Assembly: GCA_964016885.1 (NCBI GenBank)
Contig: OZ024744.1
Location: forward strand, 131,812,001-131,876,000
Source of the DNA: Eledone cirrhosa
Lineage: Eukaryota
Direction of reading: 5' to 3'
Length of the DNA: 64,000 bases
Shown: positions 33,301-44,900 of the stretch, piece by piece
Layout of the letters: each line of letters opens with the position of its first letter
Numbering within the stretch: the first letter of the stretch is position 1
The notes under the pieces: model-generated
The model's database searches: none
The model's input: the letters and a program-made list of their open reading frames with translations, nothing else
What the model was told of the DNA's origin: nothing
Translations under genes and position numbers: made by a program

Positions 33301-35930
33301 GGGGTTAATTTAAGTTGGGGTTAAGTTAAGTCGGGGTTAAGTTAAGTTGGGGTTGAGTTAAGTTGGGGTTAATTTAAGTTGGGGCTAATTTAATTTGTGG
33401 TTAAGTTGGGGTTAAGTTAAGTTGGGGTTAAGTTAAGTTGGGGTTGAGTTAAGTTGGGGTTGAGTTAATTTAGGGTTCAGTTAAGTTGGGGTTAAGTTAA
33501 GTTGGGTTTAAGTTAAGTTGGGGTTAAATTAAGTTGGGGTTAAGTTAAGTTGGGGGTAAGTTAAGTTGGGGGCAAGTTAAGTTGGGGTTAATTTAAGTTG
33601 GGGTTAAATTAAGTTGGGGTTAAGTTAAGTTGGTGTTAAGTTAAGTTGGGGTTTATTTAAGTTGGGGTTAATTAATTTGGGGTTAAGTTAAGTTGGGGTT
33701 CAGTTAAGTTGCGGTTAATTTAAGTTGGGGTTAAGTTAAGTTGGGGTTAAGTTAAGTTGGGGTTAAGTTTAGTTGCGGCTAAGTTAAGTTGGGGTTAAGT
33801 TAAGTTGGTGTTAAGTTAAGTTGGGGCTAAGTTAAGTTGGGGCTGAGTTAAGTTGGGGCTGAGTTAAGTTGGGGTTAAGTTAAGTTGGGGTTGAGTTAAG
33901 TTGGGGTTAAGTTAAGTTGGGGTTAAGTTAAGTTGGGGTTAAGTTAAGTTGGGGTTAAGTTAAGTTGGGGTTTAGTTAAGTTGGGGTTCAGTTAAGTTGG
34001 GGTTAAGTTAAGTTTGGGTTAAGTTGGGGTTAAATTAATTTGGGGTTAAGTTAAGTTGGGGTTTAGTTTAGTTGGGGTTAAGTTAAGTTGGGGTTAATTT
34101 AAGTTGGGGTTAAGTTAAGTTGCGGGTAATTTAAGTTGGGGTTAATTTAAGTTGGGGTTAAGTTAAGTTGGGGTTAAGTTAAGTTGGGGTTAAGTTAAGT
34201 TGGGGGTAAGTTAAGTTGGGGGTAAGTTAAGTTGGGGGTAAATTAAGTTGGGGTTAAGTTAAGTTAGGGTTAAGTTAAGTTGGGGTTGAGTTAAGTTGGG
34301 GTTAAGTTAAGTTGGGGTTATGTTAAGTTGGGGTTAAGTTAAGTTGCGGTTAAGTTAAGTTGGCGTTATGTTAAGTTGGGGTTAAGTTAAATTGGGGTTA
34401 AGTTAAGTTGGGGTTAAGTTAAGTTGGGGTTAAGTTAAGTTGGGGTTAAGTTAGATTGTGGTTAAGTTAAGTTGGGGTTAAGTTAAGTTGGGGTTAAGTT
34501 AAGTTGGGGTTAAGTTAAGGCGGGGTTAAGTTGAGTTGGTGTTAAGTTAAGTTGGGGTTAAGTTAAGTTGGGGTTGAGTTAATTTGGGGTTAACTTAAGT
34601 TGGGGGTACTTAAGTTGGGTTTAAGTTAAGTGGGGTTAAGTTAAGTTGGGGTTAAGTTAAGTTGGGGTTAAGTTAAGTTGTGGTTAAGTTAAGTTGGGGG
34701 TAAGTTAAGTTGGGGGTAAGTTAAGTTGGGGTTAATTTAAGTTGGGTCAAATTAAGTTGGGGTTAAGTTAAGTTGGGGTTAAGTTAAGTTGGGGTTAAAT
34801 TAAGTTGGGGTTAAGTTAAGTTGGGGTTAAATTAAGTTGGCGTAAGTTAATTTGTGGTTAAGTTAAGTTGGGGTTAAGTTAAGTTGGGATTAAGTTAAGT
34901 TGGGGTTGAGTTAAGTTGGGGTTGAGTTAATTTAGGGTTAAGTTAAGTTGTGGTTAAGTTAAGTTGGGTTTAAGTTAAGTTGGGGTTAAATTAAGTTGGG
35001 GTTAAATTAAGTTGGGGTTAAGTTAGGTTGGGGTTAAGTTAAGTTGGGGTTTATTTAAGTTGGGGTTAATTAAGTTGGGGTTAAGTTAAGTTGGGTTTAA
35101 GTTAAGTTGGGGTTAATTTAAGTTGGGGTTGAGTTAAGTTGGGGTTAAGTTAAGTTGGGTTTATATTAAGTTGGGGTTAAGTTAAGTTGGGGTTAAGTTA
35201 AGTTGGGGTTCAGTTAAGTTGCGGTTAAGTTAAGTTGGGGTAAAGTTAAGTTGGTGTTAAGTTAAGTTGGGGTTAAGTTAAGTTGGTGTTAAGTTAAGTT
35301 GGGGCTAAGTTAAGTTGGGGCTGAGTTAAGTTGGGGCTGAGTTAAGTTGGGGTTAAGTTAAGTTGGGGTTGAGTTAAGTTGGGGTTAAGTTAAGTTGGGG
35401 TTAAGTTAAGTTGGGGTTAAGTTAAGTTGGGGTTAAGTTAAGTTGGGGTTTAGTTAAGTTGGGGTTCAGTTAAGTTGGGGTTAAGTTAAGTTTGGGTTAA
35501 GTTGGAGTTAAATTAATTTGGGGTTAAGTTAAGTTGGGGTTTAGTTTAGTTGGGGTTAAGTTAAGTTTGGGTTAAGTTGGAGTTAAATTAATTTGGGGTT
35601 AAGTTAAGTTGGGGTTTAGTTTAGTTGGGGTTAAGTTAAGTTGGGGTTAATTTAAGTTGGGGTTAAGTTAAGTTGCGGGTAATTTAAGTTGGGGTTAAGT
35701 TAAGTTGGGGTTAAGTTAAGTTGGGGTTAAGTTGGGGTTAAATTAATTTGGGGTTAAGTTAAGTTGGGGTTTAGTTTAGTTGGGGTTAAGTTAAGTTGGG
35801 GTTAATTTAAGTTGGGGTTAAGTTAAGTTGCGGGTAATTTAAGTTGGGGTTAAGTTAAGTTGGGGTTAAGTTAAGTTGGGGTTAAGTTAAGTTGGGGTTA
35901 AGTTAAGTTGGGGTTAAGTTAAGTTGGGGG
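28560..35930 (+). repeat. Tandem duplication of about 3.5-3.95 kb (about 28.6-32.4 kb / about 32.5-35.9 kb) with internal indels
   Basis: Private marker aaaCtagggtggag 28856/32808 (offset 3952); aaggCgggg 30967/34521 (3554); ttggCgtaag 31303/34841 (3538). Confidence 0.85.
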
Positions 35931-38900
35931 TAAGTTAAGTTGGGGTCAAGTTAAGTTGGGGTTAAAATTAAGTTGGGGTTAAGTCAAGTTGGGGTTAAGT
36001 TAAGTTGGGGTTAATTTAGTTGGGGTTAAGTTAAGTTGGGGCTAAGTTAAGTTGGGGCTAAGTTAAGTTGGGGTTAAGTTAAGTTGGGTTTAAGTTGAGT
36101 TGGGGTTAAATTAAGTTGGGGTTAAATTAAGTTGGGGTTAAGTTAAGTTGGGGGTAAGTTAAGTTGGGGTTAAGTTAAGTTGGGGTTAAGTTAAGTTGGG
36201 GACAAGTTAAGTTGGGGTTAAAATTAAGTTGGGGTTAAGTCAAGTTGGGGTTAAGTTAAGTTGGTGTTAATTTAAGTTGGGGCTAAGGTAAGTTGGGGTT
36301 GAGTTAAGTTGGGGTTAATTTAAATTGGGGTTAAGTTAACTTTGTGGTTAAGTTAAGTTGGGGTTAAGTTAAGTTGGGGTTAAGTTAAGTTGGGGTTGAG
36401 TTAAGTTGGGGTTGAGTGAAGTTGGGGTTAAGTTAAGTTGGGGTTGAGTTAAGTTGGCGTTAAGTTAAGTTGGGGTTGAGTTAAGTTGGGGTTGAGTTAA
36501 TTTAGGGTTAAGTTAAGTTGGGGTTAAGTTAAGTTGGGTTTAAGGTAAGTTGGGGTTAAGTTAAGTTGGGGGTAAGTTAAGTTGGGGTTAAGTTAAGTTG
36601 GGGTTAAGTTAAGTTGGGGTTAAGTTAAGTTGGGGTCAAGTTAAGTTGGGGTTAAAATTAAGTTGGGGTTAAGTCAAGTTGGGGTTAAGTTAAGTTGGGG
36701 TTAATTTAGTTGGGGTTAAGTTAAGTTGGGGCTAAGTTAAGTTGGGGCTAAGTTAAGTTGGGGCTAACTTAAGTTGGGGTTAAGTTAAGTTGGGGTTGAG
36801 TTAAGGTGGGGTTAATTTAAGTTGGGGTCAACTTAAATTGGGGTTAAGTTAAGTTGGGGTTAAGTTAAGTTGGGGTTAAGTTAAGTTGGGGTTAATTTAA
36901 GTTGGGGTTAAATTAAGTTGGTGTTAAGTTAAGTTGGGGCTAAGTTAAGTTGGGGCTGAGTTAAGTTGGGGCTGAGTTAAGTTGGGGTTAAGTTAAGTTG
37001 GGGTTGAGTTAAGTTGGGGTTAAGTTAAGTTGGGGTTAAGTTAAGTTGGGGTTAAGTTAAGTTGGGGTTAAGTTAAGTTGGGGTTAAGATGGGGTTAAAT
37101 TAAGTTGGGTTTAAATTAAGTTGGGGTTAAGTTAAGTTGGGGTTAAGTTAAGTTGGGGTTAAGTTAAGTCGGGGTTAAGTTAAGTCGGGGTTAAGTTAAG
37201 TTAGGGTTAATTTAAGTTGGAGTTAAGTTAAGTTGGGGTTGAGTTAAGTTGGGGTTGAGTTAAATTGGGGTGGAGTTAAGTTGGGGTTGAGTTAAGTTGG
37301 TGTTGAGTTATGTTGGGGTTAAGTTAAGTTGGGGTTAAGTTAAGTTGCAGTTAATTTAAGTTGAGGTTAAGTTAAGTTGGGGTTAAGTTAAGTTGGGGTT
37401 AAGTTAAGTTGGGGCTAAGTTAAGTTGGGGCTAAGTTAAGTTGGGGCTAAGTTAAGTTGGGGTTCAGTTAAGTTGGGGTTAAGTTAAGTTTCGGTTAAGT
37501 TGGGGTTAAATTAAGTTGGGGTTAAGTTAAGTTGGGGTTTAGTTAAGTTGGGGTTAAGTTAAGTTGGGGTTAATTTAAGTTGGGGTTAAGTTAAGTTGGG
37601 GTTAAGTTAAGTGGTGGTTATGTTAAGTTGGGGTTAAGTTAAGTTGGGATTAATTTAAATTGGGGTTAAGTTAACTTTGTGGTTAAGTTAAGTGGGGGTT
37701 AAGTTAAGTTGGGGTTAAGTTAAGTTGGGGTTGAGTTAAGTTGGGGTTGAGTGAAGTTGGGGTTAAGTTAAGTTGGGGTTAATTTAAGTTGGGGTTAAGT
37801 TAAGTCGGGGTTAAGTTAAGTTGGGGTTGAGTTAAGTTGGGGTTAATTTAAGTTGGGGCTAAGTTAATTTGTGGTTAAGTTAAGTTGGGGTTAAGTTAAG
37901 TTGGGGTTAAGTTAAGTTGGGGTTGAGTTAAGTTGGGGGTAAGTTAATTTGTGGTTAAGTTAAGTTGGGGTTAAGTTAAGTTGGGGTTAAGTTAAGTTGG
38001 GTTTAAGTTAAGTTGGGGTTAAATTAAGTTGGGGTTAAATTAAGTTGGGGTTAAGTTAGGTTGGGGGTAAGTTAAGTTGGGGTCAAGTTAAGTTGGGGTT
38101 AAAATTAAGTTGGGGTTAAGTCAAGTTGGGGTTAAGTTAAGTTGGGGTTAATTTAGTTGGGGTTAAGTTAAGTTGGGGCTAAGTTAAGTTGGGGCTAAGT
38201 TAAGTTGGGGCTAACTTAAGTTGGGGTTAAGTTAAGTTGGGGTTGAGTTAAGGTGGGGTTAATTTAAGTTGGGGTCAACTTAAATTGGGGTTAAGTTAAG
38301 TTGGGGTTAAGTTAAGTTGGGGTTAAGTTAAGTTGGGGTTAAGTTAAGTTGGGGTTAAATTAAGTTGGTGTTAAGTTAAGTTGGGGCTAAGTTAAGTTGG
38401 GGCTGAGTTAAGTTGGGGCTGAGTTAAGTTGGGGTTAAGTTAAGTTGGGGTTGAGTTAAGTTGGGGTTAAGTTAAGTTGGGGTTAAGTTAAGTTGGGGTT
38501 AAGTTAAGTTGGGGTTAAGTTAAGTTGGGGTTGAGTTAAGTTGGGGTTAAGTTAAGTTGGGGTTCAGTTAATTTGGGGTTAAGTTAAGTTGGCGTTAAGA
38601 TGGGGTTAAATTAAGTTGGGGTTAAGTTAAGTTGGGGTTAAGTTAAGTTGGGGTTCAGTTAAGTTGGGGTTAAGTTAAGTTGGGGTTAAGATGGGGTTAA
38701 ATTAAGTTGGGGTTAAGTTAAGTTGGGGTTAAGTTAAGTTGGGGTTAAGTTAAGTTGGGGTTAAGTTAAGTCGGGGTTAAGTTAAGTCGGGGTTAAGTTA
38801 AGTTAGGGTTAATTTAAGTTGGAGTTAAGTTAAGTTGGGGTTGAGTTAAGTTGGGGTTGAGTTAAATTGGGGTGGAGTTAAGTTGGGGTTGAGTTAAGTT

Positions 38901-41900
38901 GGTGTTGAGTTATGTTGGGGTTAAGTTAAGTTGGGGTTAAGTTAAGTTGCAGTTAATTTAAGTTGAGGTTAAGTTAAGTTGGGGTTAAGTTAAGTTGGGG
39001 TTAAGTTAAGTTGGGGCTAAGTTAAGTTGGGGCTAAGTTAAGTTGGGGCTAAGTTAAGTTGGGGTTCAGTTAAGTTGGGGTTAAGTTAAGTTTGGGTTAA
39101 GTTGGGGTTAAATTAAGTTGGGGTTAAGTTAAGTTGGGGTTTAGTTAAGTTGGGGTTAAGTTAAGTTTTGGGTCAATTTAAGTTGGGGTTAAGTTAAGTT
39201 GGGGTTAAGTTAAGTGGTGGTTATGTTAAGTTGGGGTTAAGTTAAGTTGGGATTAATTTAAATTGGGGTTAAGTTAACTTTGTGGTTAAGTTAAGTGGGG
39301 GTTAAGTTAAGTTGGGGTTAAGTTAAGTTGGGGTTGAGTTAAGTTGGGGTTGAGTGAAGTTGGGGTTAAGTTAAGTTGGGGTTAATTTAAGTTGGGGTTA
39401 AGTTAAGTCGGGGTTAAGTTAAGTTGGGGTTGAGTTAAGTTGGGGTTAATTTAAGTTGGGGCTAAGTTAATTTGTGGTTAAGTTAAGTTGGGGTTAAGTT
39501 AAGTTGGGGTTAAGTTAAGTTGGGGTTGAGTTAAGTTGGGGTTAAGTTAATTTGTGGTTAAGTTAAGTTGGGGTTAAGTTAAGTTGGGGTTAAATTAAGT
39601 TGGGGTTAAGTTAGGTTGGGGGTAAGTTAAGTTGGGGGCAAGTTAAGTTGGGGTTAAGTTAAGTTGGGGTTAAATTAAGTTGGGGTTAAGTTAAGTTGGT
39701 GTTAAGTTAAGTTGGGGTTTATTTAAGTTGGGGTTAATTAAGTTGGGGTTAAGTTAAGTTGGGGTTAATTTAAGTTGGGGTTGAGTTAAGTTGGGGTTAA
39801 GTTAAGTTGGGTTTATATTAAGTTGGTGTTAAGTTAAGTTGGGGTTAAGTTAAGTTGGGATTCAGTTAAGTTGCGGTTAAGTTAAGTTGGGGTTAAGTTA
39901 AGTTGGGGTTAAGTTAAGTTGGGGTTAAGTTAAGTTGGGGTTAAGTTAAGTTGGTGTTAAGTTAAGTTGGGGCTAAGTTAAGTTGGGGCTGAGTTAAGTT
40001 GGGGCTGAGTTAAGTTGGGGTTAAGTTAAGTTGGGGTTGAGTTAAGTTGGGGTTAAGTTAAGTTGGGGTTAAGTTAAGTTGGGGTTAAGTTAAGTTGGGG
40101 TTAAGTTAAGTTGGGGTTTAGTTAAGTTGGGGTTCAGTTAAGTTGGGGTTAAGTTAAGTTTGGGTTAAGTTGGGGTTAAATTAATTTGGGGTTAAGTTAA
40201 GTTGGGGTTTAGTTTAGTTGGGGTTAAGTTAAGTTGGGGTTAATTTAAGTTGGGGTTAAGTTAAGTTGCGGGTAATTTAAGTTGGGGTTAAGTTAAGTTG
40301 GGGTTAAGTTAAGTTGGGGGTAAGTTAAGTTGGGAGTAACTTAAGTTGGGGGTAAGTTAAGTTGGGGTTAAGTTAAGATAGGGTTAAGTTAAGTTGGGGT
40401 TGAGTTAAGTTGGGGTTAAGTTAAGTTGGAGTTACGTTAAGTTGGGGTTAAGTTAAGTTGCGGTTAAGTTAAGTTGGGGTTAAGTTAAGTTGGGGTTAAG
40501 TTAAATGGGGGTTAAGTTAAGTTGGGGTTAAGTTAAGTTGGGGTTAAGTTAAGTTGGGGTTAAGTTAGATTGTGGTTAAGTTAAGTTGGGGTTAAGTTAA
40601 GTTGGGGTTAAGTTAAGTTGGGGTTAAGTTGGGGTTAAGTTACGTTAGGATTAAGTTAAGTTGGGGTTGAGTTAAGTTGGGGTTAAGTTAAGTGGTGGTT
40701 ATGTTAAGTTGGGGTTAAGTTAAATTGGGGTTAATTTAAATTGGGGTTAAGTTAACTTTGTGGTTAAGTTAAGTTGGGGTTAAGTTAAGTTGGGGTTAAT
40801 TTAAGTTGGGGTTGAGTTAAGTTGGGGTTGAGTGAAGTTGGGGTTAAGTTAAGTTGGGGTTAAGTTAAGTTGGCGTTAAGTTAAGTTGGGGTTGAGTTAA
40901 GTTGAGGTTGAGTTAATTTAGGGTTAAGTTAAGTTGGGGTTAAGTTAAGTTGGGTTTAAGTTAAGTTGGGGTTAAATTAAGTTGGGGTTAAATTAAGTTG
41001 GGGTTACGTTAAGTTGGGGGTAAGTTAAGTTGGGGTTAAGTTAAGTTGGGGTTAAGTTAAGTTGGGGTTAAGTTAGGTTGGGGTCAAGTTAAGTTGGGGT
41101 TAAGTTAAGTTGGGGTTAAGTTAAGTTGGGGTTAATTTAGTTGGGGTTAAGTTAAGTTGGGGCTAAGTTAAGTTGGGGCTAAGTTAAGTTGGGGTTAAGT
41201 TAAGTTGGGGTTAAGTTAAGTTGGGGTTAAGTTAAGTTGGGGTTAAGTTAAGTTGGGGTTAAGTTAAGTTGGTGTTAAGTTAAGTTGGGGCTAAGTTAAG
41301 TTGAGGCTGAGTTAAGTTGGGGCTGAGTTAAGTTGGGGTTAAGTTAAGTTGGGGTTGAGTTAAGTCGGGGTTAAGTTAAGTTGGGGTTAAGTTAAGTTGG
41401 GGTTAAGTTAAGTTGGGGTTAAGTTAAGTTGGGGTTAAGTTAAGTTGGGGTTGAGTTAAGTTGGGGTTAAGTTAAGTTGGGGTTAAGTTAAGTTGGGGTT
41501 CAGTTAAGTTTGGGTTAAGTTAAGTTGGGGTTAAGATGGGGTTAAATTAAGTTGGGGTTTAGTTAAGTTGGGGTTAAGTTAAGTTGGGGTTAAGTTAAGT
41601 TGGGGTTCAGTTAAGTCGGGGTTAAGTTAAGTCGGGGTTAAGTTAAGTTAGGGTTAAGTTAAGTTGGAGTTAAGTTAAGTTGGGGTTGATTTAAGTTGGG
41701 GTTGAGTTAAATTAGGGTGGAGTTAAGTTGGGGTTGAGTTAAGTTGGTGTTGAGTTAAGTTAGGGTTAAGTTAAGTTGGGGTTAAGTTAAGTTGCAGTTA
41801 AGTTAAGTTGAGATTAAGTTAAGTTGGGGTTAAGTTAAGTTTGGGTTAAGTTGGGGTTAAATTAAGTTGGGGTTATGTTAAGTTGGGGTTTAGTTAAGTT

Positions 41901-44900
41901 GGGGTTAAGTTAAGTTGGGGTTAATTTAAGTTGGGGTTAAGTTAAGTTGGGGTTAAGTTAAGTGGTGGTTATGTTAAGTTGGGGTTAAGTTAAGTTGGGG
42001 TTAATTTAAATTGGGGTTAAGTTAACTTTGTGGTTAAGTTAAGTTGGGGTTAAGTTAAGTTGGGGTTAAGTTAAGTTGGGGTTGAGTTAATTGGGGTTGA
42101 GTGAAGTTGGGGTTAAGTTAAGTTGGGGTTAATTTAAGTTGGGGTTAAGTTAAGTCGGGGTTAAGTTAAGTTGGGGTTGAGTTAAGTTGGGGTTAATTTA
42201 AGTTGGGGCTAATTTAATTTGTGGTTAAGTTGGGGTTAAGTTAAGTTGGGGTTAAGTTAAGTTGGGGTTGAGTTAAGTTGGGGTTGAGTTAATTTAGGGT
42301 TAAGTTAAGTTGGGGTTAAGTTAAGTTGGGTTTAAGTTAAGTTGGGGTTAAATTAAGTTGGGGTTAAGTTAAGTTGGGGGTAAGTTAAGTTGGGGGCAAG
42401 TTAAGTTGGGGTTAAGTTAAGTTGGGGTTAAATTAAGTTGGGGTTAAGTTAAGTTGGTGTTAAGTTAAGTTGGGGTTTATTTAAGTTGGGGTTAATTAAG
42501 TTGGGGTTAAGTTAAGTTGGGGTTAAGTTAAGTTGGGGTTAATTTAAGTTGGGGTTGAGTTAAGTTGGGGTTAAGTTAAATGGGTTTATATTAAGTTGGG
42601 GTTAAGTTAAGTTGGGGTTAAGTTAAGTTGGGGTTCAGTTAAGTTGCGGTTAATTTAAGTTGGGGTTAAGTTAAGTTGGGGTTAAGTTAAGTTGGGGTTA
42701 AGTTTAGTTGCGGCTAAGTTAAGTTGGGGTTAAGTTAAGTTGGTGTTAAGTTAAGTTGGGGCTAAGTTAAGTTGGGGCTGAGTTAAGTTGGGGCTGAGTT
42801 AAGTTGGGGTTAAGTTAAGTTGGGGTTGAGTTAAGTTGGGGTTAAGTTAAGTTGGTGTTAAGTTAAGTTGGGGTTAAGTTAAGTTGGGGTTAAGTTAAGT
42901 TGGGGTTTAGTTAAGTTGGGGTTCAGTTAAGTTGGGGTTAAGTTAAGTTTGGGTTAAGTTGGGGTTAAATTAATTTGGGGTTAAGTTAAGTTGGGGTTTA
43001 GTTTAGTTGGGGTTAAGTTAAGTTGGGGTTAATTTAAGTTGGGGTTAAGTTAAGTTGCGGGTAATTTAAGTTGGGGTTAATTTAAGTTGGGGTTAAGTTA
43101 AGTTGGGGTTAAGTTAAGTTGGGGTTAAGTTAAGTTGGGGGTAAGTTAAGTTGGGGTTAAGTTAAGGCGGGGTTAAGTTGAGTTGGTGTTAAGTTAAGTT
43201 GGGGTTAAGTTAAGTTGGGGTTGAGTTAATTTGGGGTTAACTTAAGTTGGGGGTACTTAAGTTGGGTTTAAGTTAAGTGGGGTTAAGTTAAGTTGGGGTT
43301 AAGTTAAGTTGGGGTTAAGTTAAGTTGGGGTTAAGTTAGGTTGTGGTTAAGTTAAGTTGGGGGTAAGTTAAGTTGGGGGTAAGTTAAGTTGGGGTTAATT
43401 TAAGTTGGGTCTAATTAAGTTGGGGTTAATTTAAGTTGGGGTTAAGTTAAGTTGGGGTTGAGTTAATTTGGGGTTAACTTAAGTTGGGGGTACTTAAGTT
43501 GGGTTTAAGTTAAGTGGTGTTAAGTTAAGTTGGGGGTAAGTTAATTTGGGGGTAAGTTAAGTTGGGGTTAATTTAAGTTGGGTCAAATTAAGTTGGGGTT
43601 AAGTTAAGTTGGGGTTAAGTTAAGTTGGGGTTAAATTAAGTTGGGGTTAAGTTAAGTTGGGGTTAAATTAAGTTGGCGTAAGTTAATTTGTGGTTAAGTT
43701 AAGTTGGGGTTAAGTTAAGTTGGGATTAAGTTAAGTTGGGGTTGAGTTAAGTTGGGGTTGAGTTAATTTAGGGTTAATTTAAGTTGTGGTTAAGTTAAGT
43801 TGGGTTTAAGTTAAGTTGGGGTTAAATTAAGTTGGGGTTAAATTAAGTTGGGGTTAAGTTAGGTTGGGGTTAAGTTAAGTTGGGGTTTATTTAAGTTGGG
43901 GTTAATTAAGTTGGGGTTAAGTTAAGTTGGGTTTAAGTTAAGTTGGGGTTAATTTAAGTTGGGGTTGAGTTAAGTTGGGGTTAAGTTAAGTTGGGTTTAT
44001 ATTAAGTTGGGGTTAAGTTAAGTTGGGGTTAAGTTAAGTTGGGGTTCAGTTAAGTTGCGGTTAAGTTAAGTTGGGGTAAAGTTAAGTTGGTGTTAAGTTA
44101 AGTTGGGGCTAAGTTAAGTTGGGGCTGAGTTAAGTTGGGGCTGAGTTAAGTTGGGGTTAAGTTAAGTTGGGGTTGAGTTAAGTTGGGGTTAAGTTAAGTT
44201 GGGGTTAAGTTAAGTTGGGGTTAAGTTAAGTTGGGGTTTAGTTAAGTTGGGGTTCAGTTAAGTTGGGGTTAAGTTAAGTTTGGGTTAAGTTGGAGTTAAA
44301 TTAATTTGGGGTTAAGTTAAGTTGGGGTTTAGTTTAGTTGGGGTTAAGTTAAGTTTGGGTTAAGTTGGAGTTAAATTAATTTGGGGTTAAGTTAAGTTGG
44401 GGTTTAGTTTAGTTGGGGTTAAGTTAAGTTGGGGTTAATTTAAGTTGGGGTTAAGTTAAGTTGCGGGTAATTTAAGTTGGGGTTAAGTTAAGTTGGGGTT
44501 AAGTTAAGTTGGGGTTAAGTTGGGGTTAAATTAATTTGGGGTTAAGTTAAGTTGGGGTTTAGTTTAGTTGGGGTTAAGTTAAGTTGGGGTTAATTTAAGT
44601 TGGGGTTAAGTTAAGTTGCGGGTAATTTAAGTTGGGGTTAAGTTAAGTTGGGGTTAAGTTAAGTTGGGGTTAAGTTAAGTTGGGGTTAAGTTAAGTTGGG
44701 GTTAAGTTAAGTTGGGGGTAAGTTAAGTTGGGGTCAAGTTAAGTTGGGGTTAAAATTAAGTTGGGGTTAAGTCAAGTTGGGGTTAAGTTAAGTTGGGGTT
44801 AATTTAGTTGGGGTTAAGTTAAGTTGGGGCTAAGTTAAGTTGGGACTAAGTTAAGTTGGGGTTAAGTTAAGTTGGGTTTAAGTTGAGTTGGGGTTAAATT

